64,000 bases of DNA. Origin: an uncultured Bacteroidales bacterium. GTDB lineage: Bacteria > Bacteroidota > Bacteroidia > Bacteroidales > UBA12077. Position 1 is the stretch's first letter, and each line of letters opens with the position of its first letter. A program made the translations under genes and the position numbers. The stretch lies in the NCBI GenBank assembly GCA_964606845.1, contig CAZSIC010000002.1:17609-81608 (forward strand), read 5' to 3'. Shown here piece by piece: positions 9,175-18,197 of this stretch. The notes under the pieces are model-generated. The model saw nothing but the letters and a program-made list of their open reading frames with translations, ran no database searches and was not told where the DNA came from.

Positions 9175-10146
9175 TTAAATTTTGATTAATTCTTTTTCAC
9201 TTTTATTTAAAACGAAGTAGATACCTATACTGATTCGAAAACTGGTTGATAACTGTGTGCCATCAACTTTCGTAAAAATTGGTATTTCCGGATCAATATT
9301 AAATATGAGATTTCGATTTATATTTACACCTAATGATGTTACTAAAAACAGCCAGTCGCCACCTGTATTATCTAACTGAAAGTCATTGATAATATCTTTT
9401 GATCTGTTTTTATATTTTATCGCTATTCCCGGATTTATTAGTAGATTTTTTATTAATAGCTGATCACTTATTCCTAAAATCCCCTGGAATTCATTGCCAA
9501 ATTTATAGGCCTGACTTGTTAAATACTCATTATTGGTTCCGTTTTGTTTATAAATTGCTCTTCCAAAGATATTTAACGATGGCCTGAAATTGATATTTCT
9601 ACGATAATGAGACCAGTAAATAAAATCATAAGTACCTGAACCAGGCTGTAAATCAGCATTTAACTGAATTCCCGAGGCAGTTTTATAGTTACTTTTACCG
9701 GTTGGTAATTTTGATCCAAAACCCACAAATAAATCCTGATGATAATTTGATATTCGATGTACTCGATATTTTAATAATACTACAGCATCACCAATACCCC
9801 TTGTCCTGATATAATCAGTATTATTAAACTGGGCAATTTCTCTTTCTTGTTGAACGAGAGAAAAGAGAAAATCTATTGATATTGATTTAGAAATATTATA
9901 ACCTGATTGTATCAAAACTGATTGTGTAATCCGCTTACGCGAATTATCATTTAACCTTTGGTTTTCATTATATAATTGATTTAAAAAATTATAATCATAA
10001 TTTATACTAAAATTCAGCAACCCTTTTTCGCTTGTAACAAACCCAATATTTCCCGATAAAGGCACGCCGCCGGAGCAACATGTTTGGGCATTTATAATCC
10101 ATGCATTTAAGGTAAATAATAATATTATGATATAACTTTTTTTCAT
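9175..10146 (-). CDS. Putative outer-membrane beta-barrel protein with an N-terminal CCSGG motif
   Basis: A signal peptide (INAQ) is followed immediately by TCCSGGVPLSGN. The rest shows alternating hydrophobic beta-strand periodicity rich in Y/N/G. Confidence 0.55.
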   Translation of the reverse strand: MKKSYIIILLFTLNAWIINAQTCCSGGVPLSGNIGFVTSEKGLLNFSINYDYNFLNQLYNENQRLNDNSRKRITQSVLIQSGYNISKSISIDFLFSLVQQEREIAQFNNTDYIRTRGIGDAVVLLKYRVHRISNYHQDLFVGFGSKLPTGKSNYKTASGIQLNADLQPGSGTYDFIYWSHYRRNINFRPSLNIFGRAIYKQNGTNNEYLTSQAYKFGNEFQGILGISDQLLIKNLLINPGIAIKYKNRSKDIINDFQLDNTGGDWLFLVTSLGVNINRNLIFNIDPEIPIFTKVDGTQLSTSFRISIGIYFVLNKSEKELIKI

Positions 10147-10221
10147 AAATTTGATTTAATAGTCAATTAATTAGTCGATATTTATAATTAATCCTGACAA
10201 CTATTAAAGATTAGTTTTACG

Positions 10222-11619
10222 ATGAAAAAATTACGAATAAGCGGGAAAGAGATGAGAAGAATTGGCTTCCGGTCGGAAGTATTAATCAGTTTAGCCAAAA
10301 ATATTGCATACAAATATTACAAGCGGACACCAAAAACCGAAGTTCTCGGTTTGCTCGAAGGCATTATTAAAAATCCTGAGAACTATAAAAATCATGAGCA
10401 CTTTAGCAAGCTTGCAGCTCAATTAATAAAGGCTCCAAAACAAAAACCGGAAGAGATTCAAATCAACCCCAAGCCCCTGCCTTACAAAATTTATGGCAAA
10501 AACGAGATTGACGAAGGTTCATTACAACAAATGGATGTAGCCATGCAACTCCCTATTGCTGTTAAAGGAGCTTTAATGGCCGATGCACATGTGGGATATG
10601 GATTACCTATTGGCGGTGTTTTGGCCGCAAAAAATGCTGTAATTCCTTACGGCGTGGGAATGGATATTGGATGCAGAATGTGCATGTCGGTTTACGATTT
10701 GCATGCAAACATTTTAGACAAAGATAAGGCCGGATTAAAAAAAATGTTACTTAATGAAACCCGGTTTGGGAAAGGAGAATTTAAACAGCCTGAAGGCCAT
10801 CCTGTATTAGATCGCAAAGAATTTAGCGAAATACCTTTTTTAAAATCATTACATTCAAAAGCTTATGCACAAATCGGAACCTCCGGACACGGAAATCATT
10901 TTGTTGATTTAGGGACACTGGAAATAACGGATTCGGACAATGAATGGAATTTGCTTCCGGGAATTTATTTTGCGGTTCTCTCCCACTCCGGATCGCGTGG
11001 CATGGGTGCCGAAGTAGCAAGGCATTATACCCGGATAGCCAAAGATATTTGCCATTTACCCAAAGGTGCAACAACGCTTTCGTGGCTAAATCTTGATTCG
11101 CAGGAAGGACAGGAATACTGGCTGGCAATGAATCTTGCCGGCGATTATTCTGCGGCCAATCATCAGCAAATACATCAAAGAATCTCCAAAGCACTCGGCG
11201 AAAAACCTTTATTCAAGGTTGAAAACCATCATAATTTTGCCTGGAAAGAAAAGTTAGAAGATGGCAGTGAGGTAATTGTTCACCGTAAAGGAGCTACTCC
11301 TGCTACAAAAAATGTTTTAGGAATTATTCCGGGATCAATGGCCACACCTGCATTTATTGTGCGTGGAAAAGGTGACCCTGAATCGATAAATTCCGCAGCA
11401 CATGGCGCCGGAAGGGTTTTATCGAGGAAAGCGGCCAAAGAAAAAATCTCTAAAAAAGAGATGCAACAATTTCTAAACAACTCCAACATTACTTTAATTG
11501 GCGGAAATACAGACGAAGATCCGCATGTTTATAAGGAAATAGAAAAAGTTATGGAGCATCAGAAAAATTTGGTAGAAGTTGTAGCCAGATTTAATCCCCG
11601 GATAGTAAGAATGGCTTAA
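10222..11619 (+). CDS. rtcB: RNA 3'-phosphate ligase RtcB
   Basis: Motifs DAHVGYG, DIGCRM, GHGNHF, SHSGSRG and HHNFAW, with a C-terminal HGAGR. Confidence 0.92.
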   Translation: MKKLRISGKEMRRIGFRSEVLISLAKNIAYKYYKRTPKTEVLGLLEGIIKNPENYKNHEHFSKLAAQLIKAPKQKPEEIQINPKPLPYKIYGKNEIDEGSLQQMDVAMQLPIAVKGALMADAHVGYGLPIGGVLAAKNAVIPYGVGMDIGCRMCMSVYDLHANILDKDKAGLKKMLLNETRFGKGEFKQPEGHPVLDRKEFSEIPFLKSLHSKAYAQIGTSGHGNHFVDLGTLEITDSDNEWNLLPGIYFAVLSHSGSRGMGAEVARHYTRIAKDICHLPKGATTLSWLNLDSQEGQEYWLAMNLAGDYSAANHQQIHQRISKALGEKPLFKVENHHNFAWKEKLEDGSEVIVHRKGATPATKNVLGIIPGSMATPAFIVRGKGDPESINSAAHGAGRVLSRKAAKEKISKKEMQQFLNNSNITLIGGNTDEDPHVYKEIEKVMEHQKNLVEVVARFNPRIVRMA

Positions 11620-11624
11620 TAGAA

Positions 11625-11659
11625 AACTTCCGGAGAAAAATAATACCGGAAGTTTTTTT
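11625..11659 (+). terminator. Intrinsic terminator of rtcB
   Basis: The stem AACTTCCGG (11625-11633) pairs with CCGGAAGTT (11646-11654) and is followed by a T-run. Confidence 0.8.
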
Positions 11660-11680
11660 AATCTCTTAAATCTTTAATTC

Positions 11681-11953
11681 TTAATAGCAAGGTAGCGCTT
11701 CTAACTCTGCCTGAAGATCAGCTCTTACTTCTTCGGTTAAAGTTTTGCAGTCACTATCCAAATAATCTTCAATTGCATTTTTAAAAGCAATACACTTATC
11801 ATTATTTGTTGGATCTTCAGTATATTCCAATCCGGTATTGGTATAATTTGCCAATAGCTGGGTACAATCGATCGGATTATCATCCGAACAAGATGTTGAA
11901 ACAAAAGATAATGAGAACAATGTTAGACTAATAATAATTAATGCTTTTTTCAT
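11681..11953 (-). CDS. Small lipoprotein, unknown function
   Basis: 90 aa with the lipobox VSTSC followed by SDD, plus 3 further Cys. Confidence 0.55.
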   Translation of the reverse strand: MKKALIIISLTLFSLSFVSTSCSDDNPIDCTQLLANYTNTGLEYTEDPTNNDKCIAFKNAIEDYLDSDCKTLTEEVRADLQAELEALPCY

Positions 11954-12023
11954 GGCTAATAAGTTTTTAGTGGTTAATAAATAATTTAAGTATAAAAATA
12001 CAAAAAATGTATTGTTAACAATG

Positions 12024-12827
12024 TTAGGATTTCAATTTGTTACCACAATTTGAGCAATAGTTATCTTTATGAGAATGAATTACTTTACCACAGTTTGGGC
12101 ATGTTCTAAAATCTTTTGCAGTTGACTGCCTAAAAAATTCTGCTGAAAATATGCCTGTAGGCACAGCAATAATGGAATAACCAATAATCATAATAATAGA
12201 AGAAACAAATTGGCCTAAAGGTGTTTGTGGAGAAATATCTCCATATCCAACAGTAGTAATAGTTACGATGGTCCAGTATATACTCCGTGGAATATTATCA
12301 AAGCCATTGGTTTCACCTTCAATAACATACATTAAAGCTCCAATTATTATAATAATATTTAATATGCCAAATAAAAAAACACTAATTTTCTTTACACTTG
12401 CTTTAAGTGCTAATACAATTAATTCTCCCTGCTTTAAATAATAATTCAATTTAAAAATTCTAAAAACCCTGAGTAGCCTCAAAACACGGATAACCATAAG
12501 ATAATGAGCTCCCACAAATACTAAACTTATATAGGTTGGTATTATTGATAAAAAGTCAACAATACCCATTGTACTAAAAATATATCTAAAGGTTTTTTGA
12601 GAAACCCATATCCTTATTAAATACTCAATAGTAAACACAATGGTGAAAATCCATTCGGCATATAGAAGTAAATTTCTATATTCAATACTTGCCGGCCTTA
12701 AACTTTCGATAATAACAGTAAGTACACTCAATAAAATTGCCCATAAAAGCATTACATCAAAAAGTTTTCCGGCTTTTGTATCGGTCCCAAATATGGTTTG
12801 ATAAAGATACTTTTTGACCTCTCTCAT
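12024..12827 (-). CDS. Voltage-sensor-containing K+ channel (ion transport family) with a C-terminal zinc-ribbon
   Basis: Has an S4-like segment RVLRLLRVFRIFKL and the K+ selectivity filter TTVGYGD. The tail is CPNCGKVIHSHKDNYCSNCGNK. Confidence 0.85.
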   Translation of the reverse strand: MREVKKYLYQTIFGTDTKAGKLFDVMLLWAILLSVLTVIIESLRPASIEYRNLLLYAEWIFTIVFTIEYLIRIWVSQKTFRYIFSTMGIVDFLSIIPTYISLVFVGAHYLMVIRVLRLLRVFRIFKLNYYLKQGELIVLALKASVKKISVFLFGILNIIIIIGALMYVIEGETNGFDNIPRSIYWTIVTITTVGYGDISPQTPLGQFVSSIIMIIGYSIIAVPTGIFSAEFFRQSTAKDFRTCPNCGKVIHSHKDNYCSNCGNKLKS

Positions 12828-12984
12828 TTTGTGCGATTATTTATCAACTATAAAAATACAAATTATGCACTAAGCAGTAATAAAAAGTTAACTTTATTTT
12901 AAACTTCTCCTATTTTTCAAGTCTAAAACATGATCATTTTTATTACATTTACGGTTTAAAATAATTCTTGTAACCTTTGTTTAT

Positions 12985-14196
12985 ATGAAAAAATTAGCTC
13001 TACACTGGCAAATATTAATCGCATTTATACTTGCAATAGTTTTTGGCATTTTTTTTAAAGAATATGTAAATTATGTTTCCTGGATGGGCGATATATTCCT
13101 CCGAATGCTCAAAATGATTGTCATTCCTTTGGTTTTAAGCTCTGTAATATCAGGAATTGTTAATATAGGCGGTGATGGAAATTTTGGAAAACTCGGATTA
13201 AAAACCATAGCATATTATTTAACTACAAGTACATTTGCCATTATTGTCGGATTATTGATGGTTAATATTATACAACCCGGAGTTGGCATGGATATTACCT
13301 CCATTGCTATTGAAGAAAAAATAAGTATAGACAGGCCAAGCATGGGTGATATTTTTATTCAAATTGTTCCTGAGAATATTTTTTATGCAATGGCTAACAA
13401 TGATTTTCTGGCAGTAATTTTCTTTGCTATTATAGCAGGTATTTTTATAAGCAAAATTGACAAAAAAAGTAATATCATCCTTGCTGATTTTTTCAATGCC
13501 TTTTTTGAGCTGTTTATGAAAATTACCATGTTTATTATAAAGCTAGCGCCTTATGGAATATTCGGTTTAATTGTAAAAGTAGTAGCTGAACAAAAAGACT
13601 TCGGAAATATGGTTGCCAGTTTGGGAACATTTATGTTAACCGTAATTGGTGGAATTTTAATCCATTCATTGATAACATTACCATTGCTTACTCGTTTTAT
13701 AGGAAAAGCCAAGCCATTCAAACATTTAAGCAATGTAAAAACAACACTTATTACTGCTTTCTCTACAGCATCTTCTGCAGCTGCCCTGCCACTTAACATG
13801 AAAGAAACCAATGAAAAATCCGGAGTTTCTCATAAAATTACAAATTTTACTTTACCTATTGGTACTACCATTAATATGGATGGAACAGCCATTTATATTG
13901 CAGCGGTAGTTATGTTTATTGCACAGGCAAAAGGAGTTGATATGGGTATAAAAGAACAAGTGCTAATATTAATTACAGCCTTAATGTCGAGCATTGGCAC
14001 GGCCGGAGTGCCTATGGCCAGCCTTGTTATTATTACAATTATTTTAGAAGTACTTGGATTACCGCTTGAATTAATGGCTTTAATTCTTCCGGTTGATCGA
14101 ATATTAGATATGTTCAGAACAACTACCAATGTTTGGGGTGATAGTTGTGGTGCAGTTATTATTGCAAAATCGGAAGGAGAATGGCTTAATGTTTAG
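12985..14196 (+). CDS. Dicarboxylate/amino acid:cation symporter (DAACS, GltP-like)
   Basis: 403 aa and polytopic, with SSAAALP and TINMDGTA motifs typical of the family. Confidence 0.88.
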   Translation: MKKLALHWQILIAFILAIVFGIFFKEYVNYVSWMGDIFLRMLKMIVIPLVLSSVISGIVNIGGDGNFGKLGLKTIAYYLTTSTFAIIVGLLMVNIIQPGVGMDITSIAIEEKISIDRPSMGDIFIQIVPENIFYAMANNDFLAVIFFAIIAGIFISKIDKKSNIILADFFNAFFELFMKITMFIIKLAPYGIFGLIVKVVAEQKDFGNMVASLGTFMLTVIGGILIHSLITLPLLTRFIGKAKPFKHLSNVKTTLITAFSTASSAAALPLNMKETNEKSGVSHKITNFTLPIGTTINMDGTAIYIAAVVMFIAQAKGVDMGIKEQVLILITALMSSIGTAGVPMASLVIITIILEVLGLPLELMALILPVDRILDMFRTTTNVWGDSCGAVIIAKSEGEWLNV

Positions 14197-14259
14197 TAAA
14201 AAGAAAGAGGAGTCGCCAGTGATTTTTCGTTAGTTATAAATGAAATTAAACAATATTCC

Positions 14260-14421
14260 AGTGTCGTGTCAATGCTATTGTGTCGGTTAAGTCGCAATAA
14301 TTTTTTCTCAGATCAAAAAAGAAATTCTGCACATAGCCGAAGCTACGTAAAGAATTTATTTTGACGAGCTGAGGAAAAAGAACAAGACTTGGGCTGACTA
14401 AAATAGCGTTGACATGACACT
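14260..14421 (+). repeat. 162-nt long imperfect hairpin (inverted repeat): candidate structured RNA or MITE-like element
   Basis: Hand pairing gives 14260-14279 with 14402-14421 (20 consecutive pairs including 2 G:U) and continues inward through bulges to a TAGC/GCTA stem capped by CGAA at 14338-14341. At least 6 G:U pairs occur on the plus strand. Confidence 0.8.
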
Positions 14422-14614
14422 AGTATTTATATCATCTGTAATTTACTTTTATAAATATTAAGATTGTTATTGTCATGAACTTAAACCTACTGACGAATAC
14501 TTTATTTTCTGATAAATACAATCTTCTTCGCTACTTAGTCTGATATAAATTTTTATATCCTTTGCCAATTATTTTGTGCATATATTATTATCTTAGCCTA
14601 AAACATATTTTAAA

Positions 14615-15262
14615 ATGAAATCCTCAAGATTAAAAATATCTGCTATTGTTTTTACACTTATTCTAATCTGCTGGCCGGTATTTACATTTATTTCATTACC
14701 TTCCGGTGCCAGTTATTCAGCTCAACTTAATTCTATTAACAATACTCCGGTATGGTACATACTAAATTTTATCATTGCCTTTTTAATTGCTCCTTTCCTT
14801 ATTTTTATACTTTACGAACTACACAAAAAAATAACTAACAACCAAAAATATTTAACGACGAAAATCGGTTTTTTTCTTTATATACTATTTTTTTTGATTA
14901 TTAGCATTTCTTATGGATCTCAATTTTTATACTTACCATTTATTATGAATTCTAAACCAGAATCTTATATTTTAAAATGGTATTTTTATAATAATGATTC
15001 GCTTGTAATTTTTATCAATCAGACTGGATATATGATTTGGGGCATAGCCACATTGCTCATCTTTACGCGCTACATTTTCAAAAGCAGTTTAATTTTTTTT
15101 ATCATCAAGATACTTACATTATCAGCTCTGACTCAAATTGTAGCAACGATTGGACTCTATTTTAACCAGCCTAACCTAATTGGTTTGACATTTTACAGTG
15201 GTATTTTAATGCTTCCGGCAGGAATTTTGATTATTATTTATAGCTATTTGCCAAATAAATAA
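14615..15262 (+). CDS. Polytopic membrane protein, unknown function
   Basis: 215 aa with about 6 hydrophobic segments and no diagnostic motif. Confidence 0.6.
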   Translation: MKSSRLKISAIVFTLILICWPVFTFISLPSGASYSAQLNSINNTPVWYILNFIIAFLIAPFLIFILYELHKKITNNQKYLTTKIGFFLYILFFLIISISYGSQFLYLPFIMNSKPESYILKWYFYNNDSLVIFINQTGYMIWGIATLLIFTRYIFKSSLIFFIIKILTLSALTQIVATIGLYFNQPNLIGLTFYSGILMLPAGILIIIYSYLPNK

Positions 15263-15272
15263 ATTTGCTGAT

Positions 15273-16343
15273 ATGAAAAAAAACAAACAAATTAATTTCC
15301 TTCTAATTGCAAGCATTCTATTAATCTTAACGGGCTGTTACTACGATCATTTAACAGTCACATCAAAATATTCAAGTGGCGTTTACACCGATAAAGGAAC
15401 GGTCATTTTTTATCATTCCATTCAAGCTGGCCAGCCACCAAAAGGAATTAGCCGTTTTCCGGATGGAGGAATGCATAAAAACATTTACAGAAATACAAGT
15501 TTGTATGAGTTTGATACCATTAATAACAAGCTAAACAAAATCTTTGATTTTGGTGGCATTTTGTATACATCATACCAAAAATATCTATCAATACAAAACA
15601 ACAAAATATTATTTAACATTACCCCAACCATGGGTTGGCGATTGCAAACAGAAAATGATACTTCATCGGGAGTTGATAAAAAGTTATATCCTAAAAATTT
15701 TGGCTTCTTTTTATACGACCTCGAAAATGATGAACTTAAACGTTTCTTTTATGACGGCTACCGCTCCAGTTTATCACCCGACAATGGCCGAATAGCTTAT
15801 GTAAAAGAAGACTCTACAGGTGTTGAAATCAGGCAGCTTTTTATAGATGAGGATAAAAATCAACTGGTAAAAAAAATTGATACCATGTCGAAATTTTCTC
15901 CTGTTTTTTGGATTAACAACAATAAACTGAGTGTAAGGATAAATTTGGTACAGTATTTTATTGATTTAGAAACAGGAAAAATGGATCAATTAAAACAGAA
16001 AATAGATTCTCGCGGGAATACAATATCAATGTCCGAAATAAAACGATTAAGCCAAAACATAAGCTATAACGATTGGGGTTTTAATTTGCATAAGTATTGG
16101 GAAAAGAACAACAAGCAATATGTAAATGACATTGTACAATTACGTGGAAATTTTGAATACCGCAAAGCCATCATCGAATTATTAAGTAAAGAATTGGAAA
16201 ATAATGAAATGGAAGCCATAATTGATAAAATGGATCGATTTGTAGAATCTTTAGAAGGATTCCAAAAATCAAAATATGTATTTTATTCAAAAGAAACCAA
16301 AGAATACATCATACGCGCTATCAAAGAAAAGAAAACATTATGA
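15273..16343 (+). CDS. Lipoprotein, unknown function (partial TolB/propeller-like signatures)
   Basis: Lipobox LILTGC. The segment SLSPDNGRIAYVKEDSTGVEIRQLF resembles TolB-type propeller blades. The C-terminal third is helical. Confidence 0.6.
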   Translation: MKKNKQINFLLIASILLILTGCYYDHLTVTSKYSSGVYTDKGTVIFYHSIQAGQPPKGISRFPDGGMHKNIYRNTSLYEFDTINNKLNKIFDFGGILYTSYQKYLSIQNNKILFNITPTMGWRLQTENDTSSGVDKKLYPKNFGFFLYDLENDELKRFFYDGYRSSLSPDNGRIAYVKEDSTGVEIRQLFIDEDKNQLVKKIDTMSKFSPVFWINNNKLSVRINLVQYFIDLETGKMDQLKQKIDSRGNTISMSEIKRLSQNISYNDWGFNLHKYWEKNNKQYVNDIVQLRGNFEYRKAIIELLSKELENNEMEAIIDKMDRFVESLEGFQKSKYVFYSKETKEYIIRAIKEKKTL

Positions 16344-17092
16344 ATATTGAGTTAAGAGACCATTTTATTAAACAATGGAAAAAATATTTTGGCAAGGCCG
16401 AATTGCCTGTTGCTTTTTATTTTAGTGATACTATCAATGAGGCTGATGTTGTTCCTGCAAAAAAGGAATGGAGCTGTTTTATATGTGATTTAGCATCGGT
16501 ACGAAAAGGAAGTAATTTATCGTTTAATAAAGCATCTCTGGGTTGTGGTGGTGCCCGAAGATACCTGGGCTATTCGGATAAAATGCGGCCTAATTTTGAA
16601 TATTTCCTCTCATGCGGGATACCGGTAGAGCTAGAAGGTGAACGCTACAAACAAACTCCCGAAATGGTAAATGAATTAATGAAAAATCACCAAACTATTC
16701 CTACCGACAATCGAAATATTATTTTTAAACGATGGGATAAGCTAACAGAAACCGATCATCCTGCGGTAGTGATATTTTTCACTAAACCCGATGTTTTATC
16801 CGGTTTGTTTACCTTAGCTAATTTTGATCAAACAGACCCTAATGGAGGAGCAATTAATCCATTTGCCGCTGGTTGTGGCTCTATTGTTCACTATCCATAT
16901 TTGGAAATTGATGCAAGCAATCCACGTGCAGTTATTGGTATGTTCGACACCTCTGCCCGACCATGCGTTTCGGAAAATACGTTAACTTTTGCCGTTCCCA
17001 TGAAAAAATTTGAAAAAATGATTTCGTATATGCACGAAAGTTTCTTAATTACCGATACCTGGAAAACTATTTACAATAGGATTAATCGCTAA
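16340..17092 (+). CDS. DUF169-like protein
   Basis: 250 aa. Its start overlaps the upstream stop by 4 nt (ATGA). The size and the Cys/Gly-containing segments (LGCGGARRYLGY, AAGCGSIVHYPY) resemble DUF169. Assignment is by memory only. Confidence 0.5.
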   Translation: MNIELRDHFIKQWKKYFGKAELPVAFYFSDTINEADVVPAKKEWSCFICDLASVRKGSNLSFNKASLGCGGARRYLGYSDKMRPNFEYFLSCGIPVELEGERYKQTPEMVNELMKNHQTIPTDNRNIIFKRWDKLTETDHPAVVIFFTKPDVLSGLFTLANFDQTDPNGGAINPFAAGCGSIVHYPYLEIDASNPRAVIGMFDTSARPCVSENTLTFAVPMKKFEKMISYMHESFLITDTWKTIYNRINR

Positions 17093-17107
17093 AAATTTTA
17101 ATACATT

Positions 17108-18070
17108 ATGATAAAATGGGGAATCATTGGTCTTGGTAAAATTGCCCATAAATTTGCTAAAGGGCTTACGTATGTACCAAATGCAGAATTGTATGGTGTT
17201 GCTTCAAGTAATATCAACAGGGCTAAGGAATTTGCAAAAAAACATCAGGCTAAAAAAATATTTGAGAGTTATGAAGCGCTTGCTAAATCAGACAAGGTTG
17301 ATGTAATGTATATCGCATCCTATAATCACCTTCATTTTGAACATGCAAAACTTTGTATCGAACATGGTAAACATGTATTGTGTGAAAAACCGTTAACTAC
17401 ATCATTAGCAAAAACAAAAAAATTATTCTCTCTTGCCGGAAAACAACATGTTTTCTTAATGGAAGCACTATGGTCTCGTTTTCATCCATCCATTGCATAC
17501 CTTGAAGAACTTATTCAATCTGAATTATATGGAAAAATTAAACATATTGATGTGTCTTTTGGCTTTGTAGCACCTGATAATCCCAAAGGACGTTTACTTA
17601 ATACTGAACTGGGTGGTGGAGCTTTATTCGATATTGGTATCTATCCGTTATTTCTGAGTCAATTGCTTTTAGGCTTACCTCAGAAGTCAGATTTTACAAT
17701 TAAATGGGGCCCAACAAATGTAGATCTACATACAACCATACGCAATACTTACCCATCTGCTACAGCAAATTTAACTTGCTCTTTCAATGAAGAGCTTCCT
17801 AATGAAGCAGTTATTCACTTTGAAAAAGCAACTGTAACCCTTAAGCCTCTGTGGCATTGCCCTACAGATGTTATTCTCTTTAAAGATGGAAAGGATCAAG
17901 TAATACCAATAAAATGGATAGGCAATGGTTACAATTATGAAGCAGCCTTTGTGTCGGATTTACTTGAAAAAGGAGAAACAACCCAACGAAAAATGCCAAA
18001 CGAATTTACCATTGAATTAATAAATCAAATAGAAAAGATGTTGCAAAATAAACAAGAAGAGATTAATTAA
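17108..18070 (+). CDS. Gfo/Idh/MocA-family NAD(P)-dependent oxidoreductase
   Basis: N-terminal Rossmann motif IKWGIIGLGKIAHKF and an EKP motif (VLCEKPLT). Confidence 0.85.
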   Translation: MIKWGIIGLGKIAHKFAKGLTYVPNAELYGVASSNINRAKEFAKKHQAKKIFESYEALAKSDKVDVMYIASYNHLHFEHAKLCIEHGKHVLCEKPLTTSLAKTKKLFSLAGKQHVFLMEALWSRFHPSIAYLEELIQSELYGKIKHIDVSFGFVAPDNPKGRLLNTELGGGALFDIGIYPLFLSQLLLGLPQKSDFTIKWGPTNVDLHTTIRNTYPSATANLTCSFNEELPNEAVIHFEKATVTLKPLWHCPTDVILFKDGKDQVIPIKWIGNGYNYEAAFVSDLLEKGETTQRKMPNEFTIELINQIEKMLQNKQEEIN

Positions 18071-18144
18071 CTTTTTATGATTTTTTACAGGTATTTGGGT
18101 TTGTTGCCTATTAAATTCTGCAAATCCAACTCAGTTAAGTTATC

Positions 18145-18177
18145 AAAAAAGGGTGCAGAAAATCTACACCCTTATTT
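18145..18177. terminator. Probable bidirectional terminator
   Basis: The stem AGGGTG (18150-18155) pairs with CACCCT (18167-18172). An A-run lies upstream and TTATTT downstream. It sits between convergent genes. Confidence 0.5.
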
Positions 18178-18197
18178 ATAATCACTTTATTAAAAAG

